A DNA stretch of 64,000 nucleotides, taken from the NCBI GenBank assembly GCA_964573395.1, contig CAZNJI010000005.1, positions 7,759 to 71,758 on the forward strand, read 5' to 3'. The notes beneath the pieces were generated by a model. It was not told the origin of the DNA. It made no database searches and was given only the letters and a program-made list of their open reading frames with translations. A program made the position numbers and the translations under genes. Below, one piece after another: positions 18,481 to 28,745 of this stretch (position 1 is its first letter; every line of letters starts with the position of its first letter). The stretch is from an uncultured Candidatus Saccharibacteria bacterium. Its GTDB lineage: Bacteria; Patescibacteriota; Minisyncoccia; Phycocordibacterales; UBA9973.

Positions 18481-20289
18481 CTACTCCTCTTTCAATTGTG
18501 GCGGAAAGTCGAACCTGAACCCGAGCGTATCCGTTGCCAAGCGCACAATGCCCCAAATTGACACCATAATAAAGAGCGCAATAATCGCCCACAGCATGTA
18601 GCGCCTGCCTTCAGCCCGCTTGTCGGTTGAATCCGCCGCCATGTAATACTTGATGACGCCATAAATAAACAAGAGGGTGGCAAGTACGAAGGCAAGCGGA
18701 ACGAATATTCGGGAAACAATGTTTTGAATCGTACAGGAAATAGCCTTAAAACTAGTGAAGCGGAAATTAATTTGGGCACAAGTTAAGCTGGCATCAGAAA
18801 CCGTTTCGCTGGTAAGGTCCTTTCCCCCGCCAAGGTCGCCAAACGGCGAACTGCCGATGACCCCAGAGCTTGCCTTCTTGCAAGTTAAGTTCTGCCAATA
18901 ATAGGTGTTCGCTATGTACAGATACACCGGCTTTCTTGTCTTTACCCCATTCTCATTCGTTACTTCCTGATAGCCGATCGGCTTATCATCGTAGCCGTCG
19001 CAGTCAGTATCGCGGTTTTGGATACTGAAACCGCTCGGGCACATTTTCTTGTAAAAAGGCTCGTTCGGAAGCAGAATCATGTTTCCTTTCGCATCCCTTC
19101 TTCCCGAATATCCGGATCCGTTCGAATCGGCATAGCCGTCGCAGTTGCGGTCTACTTTCGTTGGGCACATCAGTGTCCAGTCAGCCATCGCTTCGCTTGT
19201 ACCAAGCAAATCGGTCCCTGTTCGATCATCGATACCATCGCAATCAGTATCGCGCGGCTGGCAGAGCTGCTGCCACGCCGGCAATTTATCGATAGTTTTT
19301 AAATTCTCACCCGAAATATCATCAGTGCCGTCGCAATTTTGATCGATGTACCGAATTGTCGCAGAGCAATCAAGTTTCCAGCTTTGCGTATTTGTAATGT
19401 CCAAACATATCGGTTGCGGAACATTCGGCTGGGCAACGTATCCCGGTTCTGCAACATTAGCGCAGCTTGGCAGTGTTCCATACTGCTTTGTCGGGTCCTG
19501 ATTCGTATATCCGAGCGGCGTATCATCGTACCCATCGCAGTTCGCATCATGGCCGTTGCTTCTATATCCGCTTGGGCATTGGAGCTTATGAATATTAAAA
19601 TCAGTTCTTTGTTGGGAGTTTTGCGGATTATCAACAAAATACTTTATGCCGGTAAAATCTGAATATCCATCGCAGTTCTGGTCTATTTTTCCCGGACAGA
19701 GCGATCCCCAAATCTGCCACAGTTCCGGTTCGTTTGGGTTAAAGAAACTAATCTTTAACACATCATCAACCCCGTCGCAATTTGCATCTTTATATTGGGT
19801 TGGATCCGGGCAGATGCGATTCCAGTAATCCGTTTTTCTGACATCAATGTTCGGATATCTATCATCTCTCCCATCACAATTATTGTCTTTATTTTCCGAC
19901 GAAAACCCGTTTGGGCACTGCCGGGCAAGCGCTAGTTCTGCATCAGTAACCAACTGGCCATTCTCAATTGTTTCTGAAAACATCCGAGTGCCGTTTAGGT
20001 CTGATCGTCCGTCGCAGTTCTTATCAACCTTTCCCGGACACAACAGCGTCCAAGCAGCCCGAGTGATTGTATTACTCAACATATTCAGCCCGGTAATGTC
20101 TTCATTACTGTCGCAATCTAAGTCTTTAAACGGAAGCGGCCCGAGCTGTCCGAGCCCCTGCGAACCTTGCGCATGTGCCGGCAGCGGCATGCTGAAAAAA
20201 CTTCCGAATATGAGCGGAAAGAAAATTGCCACGAGCAAAATGTTCTTAGCCAGTGATCTCATTGACCGTTGTGACGATTGCGGAAGCAA
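18481..20289 (-). CDS. Secreted Cys-repeat protein with a C-terminal TrbC/VirB2-like pilin domain
   Basis: Signal peptide, ten repeats of ..CP....N/DCDGxxD.., then a C-terminus FVLATLLFIYGVIKYYMAADSTDKRAEGRRYMLWAIIALFIMVSIWGIV matching the neighbouring pilin-like genes. Confidence 0.6.
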   Translation of the reverse strand: MLPQSSQRSMRSLAKNILLVAIFFPLIFGSFFSMPLPAHAQGSQGLGQLGPLPFKDLDCDSNEDITGLNMLSNTITRAAWTLLCPGKVDKNCDGRSDLNGTRMFSETIENGQLVTDAELALARQCPNGFSSENKDNNCDGRDDRYPNIDVRKTDYWNRICPDPTQYKDANCDGVDDVLKISFFNPNEPELWQIWGSLCPGKIDQNCDGYSDFTGIKYFVDNPQNSQQRTDFNIHKLQCPSGYRSNGHDANCDGYDDTPLGYTNQDPTKQYGTLPSCANVAEPGYVAQPNVPQPICLDITNTQSWKLDCSATIRYIDQNCDGTDDISGENLKTIDKLPAWQQLCQPRDTDCDGIDDRTGTDLLGTSEAMADWTLMCPTKVDRNCDGYADSNGSGYSGRRDAKGNMILLPNEPFYKKMCPSGFSIQNRDTDCDGYDDKPIGYQEVTNENGVKTRKPVYLYIANTYYWQNLTCKKASSGVIGSSPFGDLGGGKDLTSETVSDASLTCAQINFRFTSFKAISCTIQNIVSRIFVPLAFVLATLLFIYGVIKYYMAADSTDKRAEGRRYMLWAIIALFIMVSIWGIVRLATDTLGFRFDFPPQLKEE

Positions 20290-20785
20290 TCGTCCATGCT
20301 CCTAATATAAGCAGCGCTCCGATAAGCGTGTACCAGAACATGCGTTTTGCTTTTTCGATGGTTTCCTTGTTGCCGCGAGCCGTGACGAACAAGAAGCCGG
20401 CGTAAATGAAGAATAGGACGATAAATGGAATGGCAACGGTAAGGATGGCATCCATAATCTTTTTAATCAGTTTTGGAATGGTGTCGGTTTCGCCGAGCGG
20501 ATTTTTCAGTTTGATATCGATTTTTACACTATCAGCAGCAGATGATCCCGATTGCTGGCCAGGAATAGATTCGCTATTGTCGGAGGTAGAGCTGCAATCC
20601 GGGTCAAATGTTGCTCCCGAACCGAAATCCCTCTTACCGTCACCATCGTTGTCATTTCCATCATTACATTCAGTAGTGGTAGATCCCACGGAACCTTGTG
20701 CCATTGCTTTTGGCAGACTACCGACTGCTCCAAGCAAATAACATGACAAGAAAATGGTGAGAAAAAATATTCGCATTAGTTTCAT
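20246..20785 (-). CDS. TrbC/VirB2-like pilin-family protein with an acidic Cys-containing N-region
   Basis: ECNDGNDNDGDGKRDF..DPDC, then IPFIVLFFIYAGFLFVTARGNKETIEKAKRMFWYTLIGALLILGAWTI. Confidence 0.5.
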   Translation of the reverse strand: MKLMRIFFLTIFLSCYLLGAVGSLPKAMAQGSVGSTTTECNDGNDNDGDGKRDFGSGATFDPDCSSTSDNSESIPGQQSGSSAADSVKIDIKLKNPLGETDTIPKLIKKIMDAILTVAIPFIVLFFIYAGFLFVTARGNKETIEKAKRMFWYTLIGALLILGAWTIASAIVTTVNEITG

Positions 20786-20789
20786 TATA

Positions 20790-21191
20790 TCATTCAAAAA
20801 ATCTAAGCCCTGCATCATAGCCGAGCGTTACCATGATCATCTTCACGATGAGCCACGAAGAAAGCACCAAGAGCAGCCCGAGAATCGCCTTCCAAAGCAT
20901 TCCTTTTACTTTTGCATGCACACCCGGATTTCCCTGGGCAGTAATGTACAGATATCCCGCATAGAGCAAAATGAAAACGAAGATAGGAAGTACGAGATAC
21001 TCAATCGACTTTTCAATGAGCGTATTAATAAGAGTTAAGAGATGGCTAAAACCGCAATCATTCGTGCATGGCACCAGGCCAGTATCATTTTGCGCATAAA
21101 CGGAGACAAAAAAACCGCTGAAAAGAAAAAAGAGGGTGAAAGCAGCCAATATGTTAGCGAATAAGGCTTTGCAGGGCGCGGTTTGCTTCAT
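20790..21191 (-). CDS. TrbC/VirB2-like pilin-family protein
   Basis: Signal peptide, VPCTNDCG, then LPIFVFILLYAGYLYITAQGNPGVHAKVKGMLWKAILGLLLVLSSWLIV. Confidence 0.5.
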   Translation of the reverse strand: MKQTAPCKALFANILAAFTLFFLFSGFFVSVYAQNDTGLVPCTNDCGFSHLLTLINTLIEKSIEYLVLPIFVFILLYAGYLYITAQGNPGVHAKVKGMLWKAILGLLLVLSSWLIVKMIMVTLGYDAGLRFFE

Positions 21192-22446
21192 AGATTGCTT
21201 CCGTCGGCGACATCCGACCGGAACTGACATTGGTAATCATAGCACGAAAAACATCATCGCTCTTCGCTTCGTCGGGGTCTGGCCATGAAAACACGGAAAC
21301 TGCCGTGCCGAAAAATACGTTCATGTACGGATTATCAGGCCTCAGCACCAATAAATCGCGCCGAGCCGGCGGGATGGACATGGTTTTCGAGAGATAGTCG
21401 GAGAATCCGACGCCGGCAAGCTCAAGCATTGCTGAATACGCGCTCACAAAATTTTGCGAAGCCTTTACCGTTGCAATGCCGGTAAAATCCGCAAACACGA
21501 CCGGCCGCTCCGTTTCTTCCGGCTGCGGCACTTCCGTGACGTCGAAATTAAGGTTCGGGTTTTGCGCTCGTATCTGGAATAAATCGGAAGCAGTGCCTAT
21601 GTAGAATGCGGCTTTTCCGGCGACAAACATATCAAGCGAATTCGGAAGCGATCGATTCCACGAATAGAACTCATTCACCGGGTTGGCAAACGAAATGTAG
21701 TACATGAGCGCTTCTCCGGCTGGAGTGCCTCCCTCGATGGTTCGGTCGAGCTGTGCCCCGTAACGCAGTGTCAGCGGATCTTCCGCAACGATGCGATTGC
21801 CTGTTTGCAGGAACAAATTTGAAAGAATCTTTTTAAAATAGCGAACGTTTACCGATTCGCCAAGCGGCAGCGCCGTTTGGGTTATGGCGCCGGCAGTATC
21901 GCGCTTGACGAAAAACGGTAGGAACCGGTTCAGCTCTTCCCAAGTGCGCGGCGGCGTAATGATGCCGACACGGGCAAGCATGTCTTTATTGTAGTAGAGA
22001 ACGAGCGGGTCAACGGTAAGTGGAAATGCCGCTATCCCCTCTTGGTTCAGAAAAACGCTTGCCCCATCAATGTAGGTATCCCGATATAACCGTTCCGAAT
22101 AGCTGGTAAAAGGAACCGGAAAGAGCTTGTCTTTATTCCGCAAGAACGTACTGCTGGTAACGAGTACTAAGTCGGGGCCAGTGCCGGACGCAAGCGCTTC
22201 AATGAATGATTCGGTAAAAACATCAGGTGCAATCGCCGTATAGACAACTGAATATGGTTTTCCTTTGTTAAATTCATTAATGTACGGCTCAACGTTTTCC
22301 ACCGGAATGGTTCCCCAGAGCGCAACGGTTCCTCCGGCGCCCGGAGTGTTCGATGAACCAATTTTGATAATGCCGGCAAAAACAAGTACGGCGAAAAAGA
22401 AAATGAGTACGAAAACAGCAAGGAGAATAATGTGAAAATTACGCAT
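21154..22446 (-). CDS. N-terminally anchored extracellular solute-binding-protein-like protein (ABC SBP family 1-like)
   Basis: A TM anchor, then a ~400-aa alpha/beta domain with SBP-like segments (LWGTIPVE.., FPLTVDPLVLYYNKDML). Confidence 0.5.
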   Translation of the reverse strand: MRNFHIILLAVFVLIFFFAVLVFAGIIKIGSSNTPGAGGTVALWGTIPVENVEPYINEFNKGKPYSVVYTAIAPDVFTESFIEALASGTGPDLVLVTSSTFLRNKDKLFPVPFTSYSERLYRDTYIDGASVFLNQEGIAAFPLTVDPLVLYYNKDMLARVGIITPPRTWEELNRFLPFFVKRDTAGAITQTALPLGESVNVRYFKKILSNLFLQTGNRIVAEDPLTLRYGAQLDRTIEGGTPAGEALMYYISFANPVNEFYSWNRSLPNSLDMFVAGKAAFYIGTASDLFQIRAQNPNLNFDVTEVPQPEETERPVVFADFTGIATVKASQNFVSAYSAMLELAGVGFSDYLSKTMSIPPARRDLLVLRPDNPYMNVFFGTAVSVFSWPDPDEAKSDDVFRAMITNVSSGRMSPTEAIYEANRALQSLIR

Positions 22447-22457
22447 AGGTAAAATGA

Positions 22458-22982
22458 TTATTTCTTGAAAAGTATAGCATAGTGATGTTCTCCTGCCGGC
22501 AGTTTCTCGCTTAAGAGCTTGAATCCTTTCCGTTCAAACAGCTCTTTTGCGGCCGGAGCGGCAAACACATGATGCGGTGCCGGTCCTAATCCGCCAAATG
22601 ATTCGCTCCAATCAAGCACCAAGACCCGCCCGCTGGGCTTTAATACGCGGAATGCCTCGGTTACGCATGCCTGCTTGTCTTCAAGCTGGAATAAAATATT
22701 CGAGAGGATGACGAAATCAACCGTTCCATCCTCCAGGCTGGTGCCGCGAGGAGCTTCAATGTCTCCCCAGATCGGATGTAGGTTAGAGAGCCCTGCTTCT
22801 TTGGCTTCATGCTGCAAGCGCTCGACCATACCACGTAGCAATTCAATGGCATACACTGTTCCTTTTGGAATGAGTTTCGCCGCAGCCCGGCTCATGAATC
22901 CGCTACCAGCGCCAAAATCAGCAACGACGTCCCCGGGGGAAAGTTGGCAAGCAGTAATCACCTGCTCAGGATTCATGAACAT
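22458..22982 (-). CDS. Class I SAM-dependent methyltransferase
   Basis: Motif I VADFGAGSGFMS and post-I acidic VYAIEL. Confidence 0.8.
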   Translation of the reverse strand: MFMNPEQVITACQLSPGDVVADFGAGSGFMSRAAAKLIPKGTVYAIELLRGMVERLQHEAKEAGLSNLHPIWGDIEAPRGTSLEDGTVDFVILSNILFQLEDKQACVTEAFRVLKPSGRVLVLDWSESFGGLGPAPHHVFAAPAAKELFERKGFKLLSEKLPAGEHHYAILFKK

Positions 22983-23096
22983 ATATATAAGTATACAAGA
23001 GTAAACAGATAGTAGTAAGTAGCTAGTAAATAATCAAACCATCTTTATGATGTGCTTCCTTACTATTCACTACTTACTATTTTCTACTAACTAGGT

Positions 23097-25550
23097 TTAC
23101 AAGCACGTTACCGATGCAAGGCTGTCTCCCGATCGGAGCTTCATGATGGTTACGCCCTGGGTTTGCCTGCCAGTTGAAGGAATGGTGGTAAGGTCAACGC
23201 GAATCACCTGGCCTTTCTTCGACATCGCCACCAGCTCGGTTCCATTCTGCACGACGCGCCCGACCATTATCTTTCCGGTTTTTGCCGTTACCTTCGAAGT
23301 GATGATCCCCGATCCGCCGCGCTTTTGCACTTTGTATTCTTTAAGCGCCGTTTTCTTTCCAAGCCCATTCGCCCCCATCGTCAGAAAGAATCCACTTTTA
23401 CCCTCTTCGGTAATAACGTCCGCACCAATGAGCACATCGCTCTTATCGAGCTTCATGGCGCGCACGCCGCCTGCCGTTCGGCCCATTTCACGAATGTCGC
23501 TTTCCTTGAATCGGATCGATTGACCGTCGGCGGTTGCCAAAATAATTTCTTCCCCTTTTTTCACCCGGAGCACGCTTTCAAGCTCATCGCCTTTATCAAG
23601 TCGTATCGCAATGATGCCGCTTCGGCGAACGTCTTTGAAACTTTCGTATGAAACTTTCTTTGCCGTTCCCTGCTTGGTAATGAGCATAAGCGCCGCGGAA
23701 TCATTCTTGAGCGCCTTCGGCACCGCCAAAATCGACGTCACGCGCTCGTCTCCGGCAAGGGAAAGGTAGTTCATGATCGATTTCCCTTTGGTTGCCCGGC
23801 GCCCTTCCGGAAGATCATACATTTTAATTTGGTACGCCTTTCCGAGATTCGTGAAGAATAGCAGGTCGCTGTGGGTGTCGGCAGTAAGAAGCTGAGTGAC
23901 GAAGTCTTCCTCTTTCGTTTCAAGATCAATGACGCCCACACCGCCGCGCTTCTGAATTTTGTATTCGCTCGGATCAGTCCGCTTCACGTATCCGCCCTGA
24001 GTGAAAACTAAAACGGAATCTTTTTCAGGAATGAGATCTTCGTCAGAAATCGACTTCACTCCCCCCGTCATAACCTTCGTTCGGCGATCATCGCCGTACT
24101 TCTCCTTAATTTCCCGCAATTCATCGGCAATGACTTTGAAAATTTTCTTTGAACTCGCCAGAAGCGCTTCCAAATAGGCAATGAGCTCTTGCTTTTCCTT
24201 CAGCTCGAGTTCAACCGCTTTTCGTTCCAGGCCGGCGAGCTTTTGAAGCCGCATTTCAAGAATGGCGTCAGCCTGCAAGTCAGAGAACTTGAATTCCTTC
24301 ATCAAGTTGAGCTTTGCAACGGCAGCATCTTTTGAACCGCGAATCGTCGTAATGATTTTATCGATATGGTCGAGCGCCTTCTTCAGTCCCAAGAGGATGT
24401 GCTCGCGCTCTTTCGCCTTCTTAAGGTCATACGCGCTTCGGCGGCGAACCACCACCTCGCGATGCCCAATGAACGAAGAGAGGATCGTCTTCAGCGAGAG
24501 CGTTTCCGGAATGCCATCGACGATGGCCACCATGTTGTAATGGAACGTCTGCTCGAGCTGGGTGTGTTTATATAAATAGTTGAGCACTTTCTGCGGATTG
24601 ACGCCGTTTTTCAGCGTAATCACCACGCGAATGTCCCTGGTCGAGAGATCTTCAAGCCCTTTGATTCCCTCAAGCTTCTTTTCCTGTACCAATTCTGCAA
24701 TTGATTCTATGAGATTCGCCTTAATGACGCGGTACGGAAGCGAGGTAACGATGATTTGGTACACTCCGTTTTTTGCTTCAGCAATCTCGGCTTCTCCGCG
24801 GCATACTACTCCGCCGCGGCCGGTTGCATAGGCGTGCAAAAGATCTTGTTTTCCGAATACGATTCCCCCCGTCGGGAAATCAGGCCCTTGTACCAATTCG
24901 GCAAGGTCCTCGTTCGAGGCATCATCATTTTCAATCAAGTACAGGCAGGCATCGATAATTTCGCCCAAATTGTGCGGCGGAATGTTCGATGCCATGCCCA
25001 CTGCAATGCCGAGCGTTCCGTTCAATAGAAGGTTCGGCACCGCAGACGGAAGCACGGTCGGCTCTTTTCTGGTTGCATCGTAGTTCGGGCGGAAATCAAC
25101 CGTGTCTTTCTCGATGTCGCGCAAAAGCTCCGCGGAGAGTTTCGACATGCGCGCCTCGGTGTATCGCATCGCCGCGGCATTGTCTCCATCGATGGAGCCG
25201 AAGTTTCCCTGCCCCTGAATGAGCGGATAGCGCATCGAAAAATCCTGCGCCAAATTCACCATGGCGTCATAGACGCTCGTATCGCCGTGCGGATGATACT
25301 TACCGAGCACGTCTCCGACGACCGTTGCGCTCTTTCTGAATTTTGCGCTCGCTGTCAGGCCGTTTTCATACATCGAGTACAGAATGCGGCGATGCACCGG
25401 CTTCAACCCGTCCCGAACGTCCGGAAGCGCGCGTGCCGTAATGACGCTCATCGCGTAGTCGAGGTAGCTCTCCCGCATTTCGCGGACGATATTGACGGGA
25501 ATCACCTGGCTTCCGGTCGCTATAGGTTCTGGTTTTTGTTCTTTTGCCAT
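23097..25550 (-). CDS. gyrA: DNA gyrase subunit A
   Basis: [22 protein letters not shown], active-site Tyr region, and a C-terminal beta-pinwheel with repeated GRGG/GVG blades. Confidence 0.95.
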   Translation of the reverse strand: MAKEQKPEPIATGSQVIPVNIVREMRESYLDYAMSVITARALPDVRDGLKPVHRRILYSMYENGLTASAKFRKSATVVGDVLGKYHPHGDTSVYDAMVNLAQDFSMRYPLIQGQGNFGSIDGDNAAAMRYTEARMSKLSAELLRDIEKDTVDFRPNYDATRKEPTVLPSAVPNLLLNGTLGIAVGMASNIPPHNLGEIIDACLYLIENDDASNEDLAELVQGPDFPTGGIVFGKQDLLHAYATGRGGVVCRGEAEIAEAKNGVYQIIVTSLPYRVIKANLIESIAELVQEKKLEGIKGLEDLSTRDIRVVITLKNGVNPQKVLNYLYKHTQLEQTFHYNMVAIVDGIPETLSLKTILSSFIGHREVVVRRRSAYDLKKAKEREHILLGLKKALDHIDKIITTIRGSKDAAVAKLNLMKEFKFSDLQADAILEMRLQKLAGLERKAVELELKEKQELIAYLEALLASSKKIFKVIADELREIKEKYGDDRRTKVMTGGVKSISDEDLIPEKDSVLVFTQGGYVKRTDPSEYKIQKRGGVGVIDLETKEEDFVTQLLTADTHSDLLFFTNLGKAYQIKMYDLPEGRRATKGKSIMNYLSLAGDERVTSILAVPKALKNDSAALMLITKQGTAKKVSYESFKDVRRSGIIAIRLDKGDELESVLRVKKGEEIILATADGQSIRFKESDIREMGRTAGGVRAMKLDKSDVLIGADVITEEGKSGFFLTMGANGLGKKTALKEYKVQKRGGSGIITSKVTAKTGKIMVGRVVQNGTELVAMSKKGQVIRVDLTTIPSTGRQTQGVTIMKLRSGDSLASVTCL

Positions 25551-25581
25551 AATAAATTACAAGCCGAATTCTAACATACTC

Positions 25582-25782
25582 TTAATAGGAGCGGATGGTC
25601 TCCATCAAGCTCTCAGTGAGCGTGGGGCGTTCGCCGGTCGTTGTGGTTGTCGCGTGATTTATCCATACCGTCAGGATAAGCACGGCAATCAATGCGATGC
25701 CGATAATCGAAACAATCATTGAGGCGAGCGTTCGTCTGAACGATTCCGGCTTCGAACGAATGTGTTCAATCAGTTTCTTCAT
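25582..25782 (-). CDS. Small hypothetical membrane protein
   Basis: 66 aa with a single TM, lying between an MBL-fold gene and gyrA. Confidence 0.35.
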   Translation of the reverse strand: MKKLIEHIRSKPESFRRTLASMIVSIIGIALIAVLILTVWINHATTTTTGERPTLTESLMETIRSY

Positions 25783-25800
25783 ACTCCCCTCAGAGCAGCG

Positions 25801-26430
25801 TTAACTCTGCACCTCAAGCGGTATAATGTACGCCTCTTTTCCTTCAAGATCCTTGCGCTTGATGGTGAGCTTTTCGAGCATCTCGTTCTTTTCCTGCCCT
25901 CCCTCTTTCAAGAATCGCTTCAGCGCATCCGCTTCATAATCCATCGGAACGATAATGCTCGGATCGAACGAGACGGAAACTTTGTAGCCTTGGGCCGGAT
26001 CCATGACGTCTTTCCCGCCGATCGGCACGAACAGAATATCCGCCGCGCCGGCAATTTGCCGCGCCTCCGGCGAAAGCGTCGCCTCGTCAGAGAGCGCTCC
26101 CAGAAACGCGACCTTGATGTTGTCGAGCTCGAATCCGTAGACGGTATTGACGTACTCTTTTCCGCCGATCGAGGATAGAGAGTGTGCCCCCTTGAAAAAG
26201 AGCCCTCTGGTTTCGTAGTCTCCTGGGCCATCAATCACGAATGGCTCTTTTCCTCCAAGCGTTACCGTATCGATGCCGCTGTAGTCCGGATGCCGGAGCG
26301 ACGAGAGCACGATGTCCGCCCCGAAACGCGGGGTCTTTGCCGCTTTCGCCGGAGGGTTGATCGCAACCGTAAGATCTCCGAGCGTTATTTTGAAGTATTG
26401 GCGGCCAAAATAGGTAATAACCATCTGCAT
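25801..26430 (-). CDS. MBL-fold metallo-hydrolase (UPF0173-like)
   Basis: About 209 aa with beta-lactamase-fold-like segments (ITYFGRQYFKI, ADILFVPIGG). Confidence 0.55.
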   Translation of the reverse strand: MQMVITYFGRQYFKITLGDLTVAINPPAKAAKTPRFGADIVLSSLRHPDYSGIDTVTLGGKEPFVIDGPGDYETRGLFFKGAHSLSSIGGKEYVNTVYGFELDNIKVAFLGALSDEATLSPEARQIAGAADILFVPIGGKDVMDPAQGYKVSVSFDPSIIVPMDYEADALKRFLKEGGQEKNEMLEKLTIKRKDLEGKEAYIIPLEVQS

Positions 26431-26643
26431 ATTATAGCAGAAAAAGTCATATTTTCCAAGGATGAAAAGGCGGTTCTCTCGGTTGCATAGTCTGCGGCAG
26501 CATGGTAGAGTAATGGTCCCTTTACAAAGGCATATATTTAATCGTTACCCTCTGGAATAACCCCCGCTTTGTCTGCCGTAAACAGGCAGGTGGGAATCTA
26601 GAGCGGTGGTTTTCATCCGCCGCTGGGCGGATATTTTATTTGT

Positions 26644-27777
26644 ATGAAGAAAGAAACAGAATTAGCAGAAGAAAAAGATGCTGCGGTTGAAGCCGAAGCT
26701 GAAGAAACGTCAAAGGAGCTTGAACGGCCGAAAGTTGAAGACCTGGTTGAAGGTCCGGTGATTGCCGTTGAAAAAGCGGCGGTCTACATCGACCTTAAGC
26801 CATTCGGCACCGGTATCATCTATGGGCGCGAATTTATCAGCGCTCGAGACCTGATCAAGAAGATCAACGTCGGCGACCTAGTGAAAGCAAAAGTAGTCGA
26901 CGTTGAAAACGATGACGGTTACATCGAACTTTCCCTGAAAGAAGCGAAACAGGCGCTCATCTGGAGCGAAGCTGAAAGGGCGATCAAAGCCAAAACGGTC
27001 TTTGAGCTTGCCGTCAAAGAAGCAAACAAAGGTGGCGTTATCGTTGAATGGCAAGGCGTGCAGGGATTTCTTCCCGCTTCGCAGCTGAAGCCGGAAAACT
27101 ATCCCCGAGTGGAAGACTCCGATAAGGATAAGATTCTGCAAGAGCTCAAAAAAATCATCGGCAAGAAGCTTGCCGTTACCATCATTTCCGCATCTCCGAA
27201 AGAAGGAAAACTCATCTTCTCTGAAAAGGAATCAAACCCTGAAGAGCGCCAGGAAATTATCGGCAAATATAATGTCGGCGACGAGCTTGATTGCGAAGTA
27301 ACGGGCATTGTCGACTTCGGCGTCTTCTTAAAGATTGAAGAAGGGCTCGAAGGGCTCGTGCATATTTCTGAAATCGACTGGGGGCTTGTTGAAGATCCGC
27401 GAAGCATGTTCAAACTCAAAGACAAGGTTCGCGCAAAGATCATCGACATCAAAGACGGAAAGATCTCTCTTTCTATCAAGGCCTTGAAGGAAAACCCTTG
27501 GAAGGACTACGAAGGCAAGATCAAGAAAGGCGATGTCGTGAAAGGAATCGTCATCAAGTACAACAAGCACGGCGCGCTCGTTTCCATCAAGGAAGGAGTT
27601 GCTGGATTGGTGCACCACTCGACCTTTGGCTCAGACGAAAAGTTGCGCGAAACGCTGCAGCTTGGAAAAACATACACCTTTACGGTAACGCTTTTTGAAC
27701 CGAAAGAGCATCGCATGACGCTCGTCTACGGAGAACAGAAAGATCTTCCGGAAGAATTGAAAGAAAAAGAAGTGTAA
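26644..27777 (+). CDS. rpsA: 30S ribosomal protein S1-like (four S1 domains)
   Basis: Repeated S1 OB-fold signatures (GxV..I..G.F.), 377 aa. Confidence 0.7.
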   Translation: MKKETELAEEKDAAVEAEAEETSKELERPKVEDLVEGPVIAVEKAAVYIDLKPFGTGIIYGREFISARDLIKKINVGDLVKAKVVDVENDDGYIELSLKEAKQALIWSEAERAIKAKTVFELAVKEANKGGVIVEWQGVQGFLPASQLKPENYPRVEDSDKDKILQELKKIIGKKLAVTIISASPKEGKLIFSEKESNPEERQEIIGKYNVGDELDCEVTGIVDFGVFLKIEEGLEGLVHISEIDWGLVEDPRSMFKLKDKVRAKIIDIKDGKISLSIKALKENPWKDYEGKIKKGDVVKGIVIKYNKHGALVSIKEGVAGLVHHSTFGSDEKLRETLQLGKTYTFTVTLFEPKEHRMTLVYGEQKDLPEELKEKEV

Positions 27778-27809
27778 CAAATTAAAAAACCACTCAAGAG
27801 AGTGGTTTT

Positions 27810-28388
27810 TTAATTGTATTCATTCATGGTTTCTTCCGGTGAATGCGTGAGGCGAAAAGTAAGCGCTCGTACCGATTTTTCTATTCCCTCCTTCAGCCCG
27901 TCTTGTTCCATCGGGGTAAAATCATCAAGCAAGAATTTTTCGAAACCGTCCGGCGGAGCGATGCGGGGCAAAAGCGCTTCATGTATCGGCCGCACCCCTA
28001 TCCGAACCCTGAAAAAATGTGGATGCCCCAGGTGGTCGATTATTGATTGCAGGCCGTTGTGCCCGCCGCCCCCTCTTCCGAATGAACACTTAACGGTACC
28101 GAGCGGAATGTCGATATCATCGTACATAACCGCAAGCATTGCGTCAGGAAACTCTCTCGTAAGCTTCGCGGCTGTTTCTCCGGAATGGTTCATGAACGTT
28201 TCCGGCTTTGCCGCTATTACCGAAACGCCCGCAATCGCTCCCTTCCAAATTTTTGCCTGATAGATTTTGTCTGGTGAAAATTCCCCTCCAACGCCTTCGA
28301 TAAGCGCATCAAGGGCCATAAAGCCGCTGTTGTGCCGGTTGTGCGCATAGGACGCACCTGGATTACCGAGACCGATGAAAATATGCAT
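27810..28388 (-). CDS. pth: Peptidyl-tRNA hydrolase
   Basis: MHIFIGLGNPGASYAHNRHNSGF. Start is taken at the internal ATG (28388). Confidence 0.85.
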   Translation of the reverse strand: MHIFIGLGNPGASYAHNRHNSGFMALDALIEGVGGEFSPDKIYQAKIWKGAIAGVSVIAAKPETFMNHSGETAAKLTREFPDAMLAVMYDDIDIPLGTVKCSFGRGGGGHNGLQSIIDHLGHPHFFRVRIGVRPIHEALLPRIAPPDGFEKFLLDDFTPMEQDGLKEGIEKSVRALTFRLTHSPEETMNEYN

Positions 28389-28745
28389 ATGCTCCATCAC
28401 TGTATCAGAAGATATAAAACATGGACAAGAGCACGCCAGAAGGAAATCCGAGTGTGTTCGCTCCGTGAAATGCTTTTCTCGCCCCAGACCTACCCCCGCC
28501 TGCTCGAAAAATATTTCACTTCGCTCAACAAAAACGTGCCTTTTCGAAAGAGATAATTTTTCTAGCGAGCGCAGTCTCAACGCGGAAAGAGCATCTCGCA
28601 GGCGGGTAGCCGAGGGCTAGCAAAAAATTCACGAGAATTTTATTGCGTGCTCTTTCCGCGTTCGAGATAAGTGAGCCTTCATTTTGGCATCTTCTAAGGC
28701 GATTGCAGGCAACCCGTCTTTGTAATACAATCTGGCTACTTATAT

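Noticed and set aside
22983-23096. Imperfect inverted repeat (agtagtaagtagctagta / tactattcactacttactat) between gyrA and the methyltransferase gene
   Set aside because: AT-rich intergenic region where such partial symmetry is expected by chance. No second copy elsewhere.
26540-26643. Possible riboswitch/leader upstream of the S1 gene (hairpins ctgccgtaaacaggcag; gcggtgg..ccgccgc)
   Set aside because: Only short generic hairpins. No recognisable riboswitch consensus could be identified by eye.
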